Origin: Eledone cirrhosa
Lineage: Eukaryota
Assembly: GCA_964016885.1 (NCBI GenBank)
Contig: OZ024759.1
Location: 26,350,001 to 26,414,000 of the forward strand
Length of the DNA: 64,000 bases
Reading direction: 5' to 3'
The translations under genes and the position numbers were made by a program. The first letter of the stretch is position 1. Every line of letters starts with the position of its first letter. Of this stretch, positions 60,075 through 64,000 are shown piece by piece. Below the pieces are notes generated by a model that saw nothing but the letters and a program-made list of their open reading frames with translations, ran no database searches and had not been told where the DNA came from.

Positions 60075-60630
60075 CATACATTTAGGGATAGATTGAGTGT
60101 AGATTTGTAAGGAGTTGTCCAACGCTTTCTAGCAGAGGATGATGATAGTTATGTGAACAGTTAGGGAGAGATGAGGAACAGATTTAGGAGGGGATCAGCT
60201 CTCGTTATGTAGCTATATGAACAGTTAGAGGAAAATGAAGAGCAGATTTGGAGGTGAGCTCTTGTTATGTGGTTATATGTGCATTTAAGGATAGATCAAG
60301 TGTATATTTATGAGGAGATGAGCTTTGGTTATATGGCTATATCAACATTCAGGAACAGATGTAGAGCAGATTTGTAAGATGAGCTCTCATTATGTAGCTG
60401 TATGAACAGTTAAGATAAAGTCCAGATTTGGGAAGAGAAGATTTGGCAGTGAGCTCTTGTTAAGTGGCTATATCAACAGTTAGAGGAGATCACGAGCGGA
60501 TTTGTGGGATGAACTGTTGTTATGTGGTTCTATGAACAGGTAGGGATAGATCAAATGTAGATTTATAAGATGAGCTCTGGTTATTTGGGTGTATGAACAG
60601 TTAAGAAAAAGTCCAGATTTGAGAAGAGAA
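60075..60630. repeat. Old degenerate tandem repeat of about 60 bp (intron 4)
   Basis: GAGCTCT.GTTATGT.GCTATATGAACAGTTAGG...CAGATTTG recurs. Confidence 0.75.
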
Positions 60631-60715
60631 ACAACAACAAAGATAATGTACAACTTTGCTTTTTGTAATCAAATTTATTTTCTTCACAGATGTTCTATTT
60701 CTCTTTCTATAATAG

Positions 60716-60825
60716 ACTAGACACTGTCCGGGTAGCACCAGCTGTATTTAAGACGTTAACTATGCAGGTTTCACAATATCCGGGTTCGTGGCTGATCAGT
60801 TGTCAAGTGGCTCATCATTTCATGA
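60716..60825 (+). CDS. Multicopper ferroxidase exon 5 (domain 2, type-1 copper Cys and His)
   Basis: Acceptor aatag|A and donor A|gtaag. Encodes LDTVRVAPAVFKTLTMQVSQYPGSWLISCQVAHHFM. Length 110 nt, phase 2/1. Absent from the ORF track. Confidence 0.9.
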
Positions 60826-61537
60826 GTAAGAAGTGTTTATTTTAGATCTTATTTTTATTTTGACGTGAATGAAATTTATTTACCACAGGAATTCCCCAAC
60901 GTTTGCAGATTTTACAAATATGGGAAAGAGAAAGAAAAAAACTTAAATAACGAAAGTAAGGAGTGAAATCCGAAGAGGATGGGTTCGATAAGGGTTGCAT
61001 GTGTACAATAAAAAAGTTTTTATTAACCTGTAGAGCAAATATTTATTATTAGAACAGATTAATGTTTAAGCAAAGGATGCCTGCTGTACGGGATCTTCTG
61101 TGACAGGTTTCAGAAGTTATTGTACAGGGTGAAAACTTAAACATTAATCTGTATTAATAGTATATATATATATACATTAAATGTTAATTATATATATAAT
61201 TAAATGTTCTAACATAGCTTTGATTCTTGTGTATTCTATACATATATATATATATATATATACAACAGCTTTTTAACTTCTCTCTGTGAGACAATATATA
61301 TTTTTTTCTCAGTTGTAAAGGCTATTGCTCTCTCTCTATCACCCATCTCTCCTCCTCTCTCATCCTTCCTTCTTATACTCCTCCCCCACCATTCTTTACT
61401 CTCATCTCCTCCTCTTCCTTACCTCCCCCCCCCTCACTTTTTCCAAATCTCATACATCAATCTTAAATTATTTTTCATATGTTGATTTAAAACTTCACTA
61501 TTCACAAGTGTTTTTTAAGCTTCATATCATGTATCCC

Positions 61538-61608
61538 TATTTTATCTGATGAAATCGCAGATATCATCCCATGATGATATTTGTTTTTGAAATGCGCATA
61601 ATAAAATA
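61538..61608 (+). ncRNA. Type I hammerhead ribozyme motif, sense strand in intron 5
   Basis: Stem I TATTTTAT/ATAAAATA; CTGATGA at 61546-61552; stem II GCAGATATCATC/GATGATATTTGT; GAAA; palindromic stem III ATGCGCAT; predicted AUA cleavage after 61600. Confidence 0.85.
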
Positions 61609-61636
61609 CTTGGAACTCTTTTAACCATCTTTTGAT

Positions 61637-61706
<70 letters not shown>

Positions 61707-61707
61707 T

Positions 61708-61744
<37 letters not shown>

Positions 61745-61939
61745 AGCTCCTCCTCGTTATCGAGTATGGCCATTGCACGATATAAAATTATTAATAATTA
61801 TCAATTAATGCTATCATGCAATACCTGTGTGTGAAGATTTTTTCTAAAGTGAGGAAAGACTGTGCACTGAGCCAATCCCACTCTCTATAACCTGAAAAGA
61901 AGAAAAGATCAACATCAACGGTAACTACTAAGCCGCAAG

Positions 61940-61989
<50 letters not shown>

Positions 61990-62255
61990 TTAAGGATACT
62001 ATTTATGGTTATGTATATACTAAAACCTTTTATAGTTATATATATATTATACCCTAAATAGTGAAAGACAGTAATTTATTACTATCTTATTACCAGTAAG
62101 ATAAATAGCTCAATATATATATATATATATAAATGTGTGTGTCTGTGAATGTGTGTTTGTCTGTCTGTAATCATCAGGATTACAGTTGCTGAAGTTTTTC
62201 TTGTTGTTATTGCAGTTGGAATTGTTGTTGATGTTTCCATATTTTCTATTCCCAG

Positions 62256-62433
62256 GTGGAATGTTAGCCTATTTGAATGCCCACAACTGTAAATCTAATT
62301 GGCTGTACGACAGTGTAACCAACACAACACCAGTTAGCAGCACATACTTTCTGTCTGTAGAGGAAGTCGTATGGGATTATGCCCCTTCTGGAATGGATCT
62401 TTTTATTGGAGGTCAATTGAATCGTAATGGAAG
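62256..62433 (+). CDS. Multicopper ferroxidase exon 6 (end of domain 2, start of domain 3); the gene continues beyond the window
   Basis: Acceptor cccag|GT and donor AG|gtttgc. Encodes (S)GMLAYLNAHNCKSNWLYDSVTNTTPVSSTYFLSVEEVVWDYAPSGMDLFIGGQLNRNG. Length 178 nt. WDYAPSG is the domain-3 repeat of the exon-1 motif. Confidence 0.92.
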
Positions 62434-63125
62434 GTTTGCGATGATATAAATAGTCTTGTTTTTATTTATTTGTCTTCTACCTTCTTTTCATTTAGCTATT
62501 GTAACTGTCTATATATCTGAGTGTCTATCTATCTATCTATCTGTGTATCTGTCTCTCAATATATGTATATCTGTCTAAATATGTCTGCCTCTCAAAGAGA
62601 GAGAGGAAAAGGAAGGAGAGAGAGAAGTAGAGAAAGTGAGAGAGAAGTAGAGAAAGAGAGTGAGAGAGAAGTAGAGAAAGAGAGTGAGAGAGAAGTAGAG
62701 AAAAGGTGGAAGAGAGAGAGAGAGATAAGTAGAGAAAGAGAGAGAGAGAGAAAGACGAGGATATTTATCTTTGTGTCTATCTATTCATCTATCTGTATAT
62801 CTCGCAATATATCTGTGTCAGAGAGAGAGAGAGTATATGAGTGTTTGTCAGTTCAATAAACTTACAACAACAACAGAAACAATAACAACTAATAATAAAA
62901 ATAAAATAAAACTGTAACAATAAACCTCATCAATATGTATTATATATTTTCTGATCAGTGATGATATCGGACTATATCTGATATCTCTGAGATTCAAAAT
63001 CGATATCAATATGGCTGATAACCGATATCAATAATAGTGGTATTTTACGATGATTTCTCAATATTTATGTCTAGTTGTCTTTATTTACTGATTATATTAG
63101 GTTTACTTTTCAAGATTCCGTTGAA

Positions 63126-63163
<38 letters not shown>

Positions 63164-63235
63164 TACTACTACTACTACTACAGCAACAATGACAACAACA
63201 GTAATAATGACAGTAATAACAACAACATTAATAAC

Positions 63236-63516
63236 AATAATTGTTTCTACTTTTGGCACAAGGCCAGCAATTATCCCAGTGTATTACTGGTACTTTATTT
63301 TATCGACCCTGTAAGGATGAAAGCAAAGTTAATAATAATTGTTTCAACTTTAGGCACAAGGCCAGCAATTATTCCAGCGTATTACTGGTACTTTATTTTA
63401 TCGACCCCGTAAGGATGAAAGGCAAAGCTAACCTCGGCAGGATTTGAACTCAGATCATAAAGGGCCATAACTCTATACGTCAAAGCATGGCGTCCGACCC
63501 TCTATCGATACTGCCA
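63236..63516 (-). mobile_element. SINE family 1 copy with a duplicated 3' half (intron 6)
   Basis: The tail plus core segment occurs at about 63241 and 63339, followed by the 5' tRNA-like part. Confidence 0.82.
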
Positions 63517-64000
63517 AACAATAATAACAACAGTAATAACAACAATAGCAGCAACGACAACAACAGTAATGACAACAGTAATAACGACAACAGCAGTAAC
63601 AACAACAACAATAACAACAACATCAGTAATAACAACAGTAATAACAACAACAATAACAACAGAAGTAATGACAGCAGTAATAACAACAAGAATAGCAACA
63701 ATGACAGCAGCAGTAATAACGACAGTAACAATAGCAACAACCACATCAGCAGTAATAACAACAGCAGTAATAACCACAACAACAACAACAAAAGTAATAA
63801 CCACAACAACAGTAATAACCACAACAACAAGAACAGTAATAACCACAACAGCAGTAATAACTACAACAACAAGAACAGTAATAACCACAACAACAAGAAC
63901 AGTAATAACCACAACAACAAGAACAGTAATAACCACAACAACAAGAACAGTAATAACCACAACAAGAACAGTAATAACCACAACAACAAGAACAGTAATA
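63517..64000. repeat. (AAC/AAT/AGT)n trinucleotide-derived repeat grading into a unit of about 27 bp
   Basis: ACAACAACAAGAACAGTAATAACCAC-like units appear at the 3' end. Confidence 0.92.

Overview
This is eukaryotic, very AT-rich DNA dominated by microsatellites. The repeat landscape, with huge (TA)n tracts and many copies of a tRNA-derived SINE, resembles an octopus or other coleoid genome (inference). One host gene is supported: the first six coding exons (49349-62433, + strand, about 409 aa, continuing past the window) of a ceruloplasmin/hephaestin-like multicopper ferroxidase, with canonical GT-AG junctions and matching phases. Mobile DNA includes a 5'-truncated but stop-free L1/Tx1-type LINE inside a (TATC)n tract, Vingi-like, RTE-like and CRE-like LINE 3' fragments, a Tigger transposase fragment, a hAT MITE and two SINE families. 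The most striking unannotated signal is non-coding. About 14 sequence-unrelated families of short elements carry type I hammerhead-ribozyme motifs (CUGAnGA / stem II / GAAA / palindromic stem III / NUH). They usually sit between (TA)n tracts, often as head-to-head inverted pairs forming long DNA palindromes, and resemble Penelope-like pLTR or retrozyme remnants. Several are in introns of the ferroxidase gene, and one is a clean sense-strand hammerhead. Nearly all ORFs in the supplied track are microsatellite artefacts. All structures were folded by eye, and coordinates of degenerate repeats are approximate.
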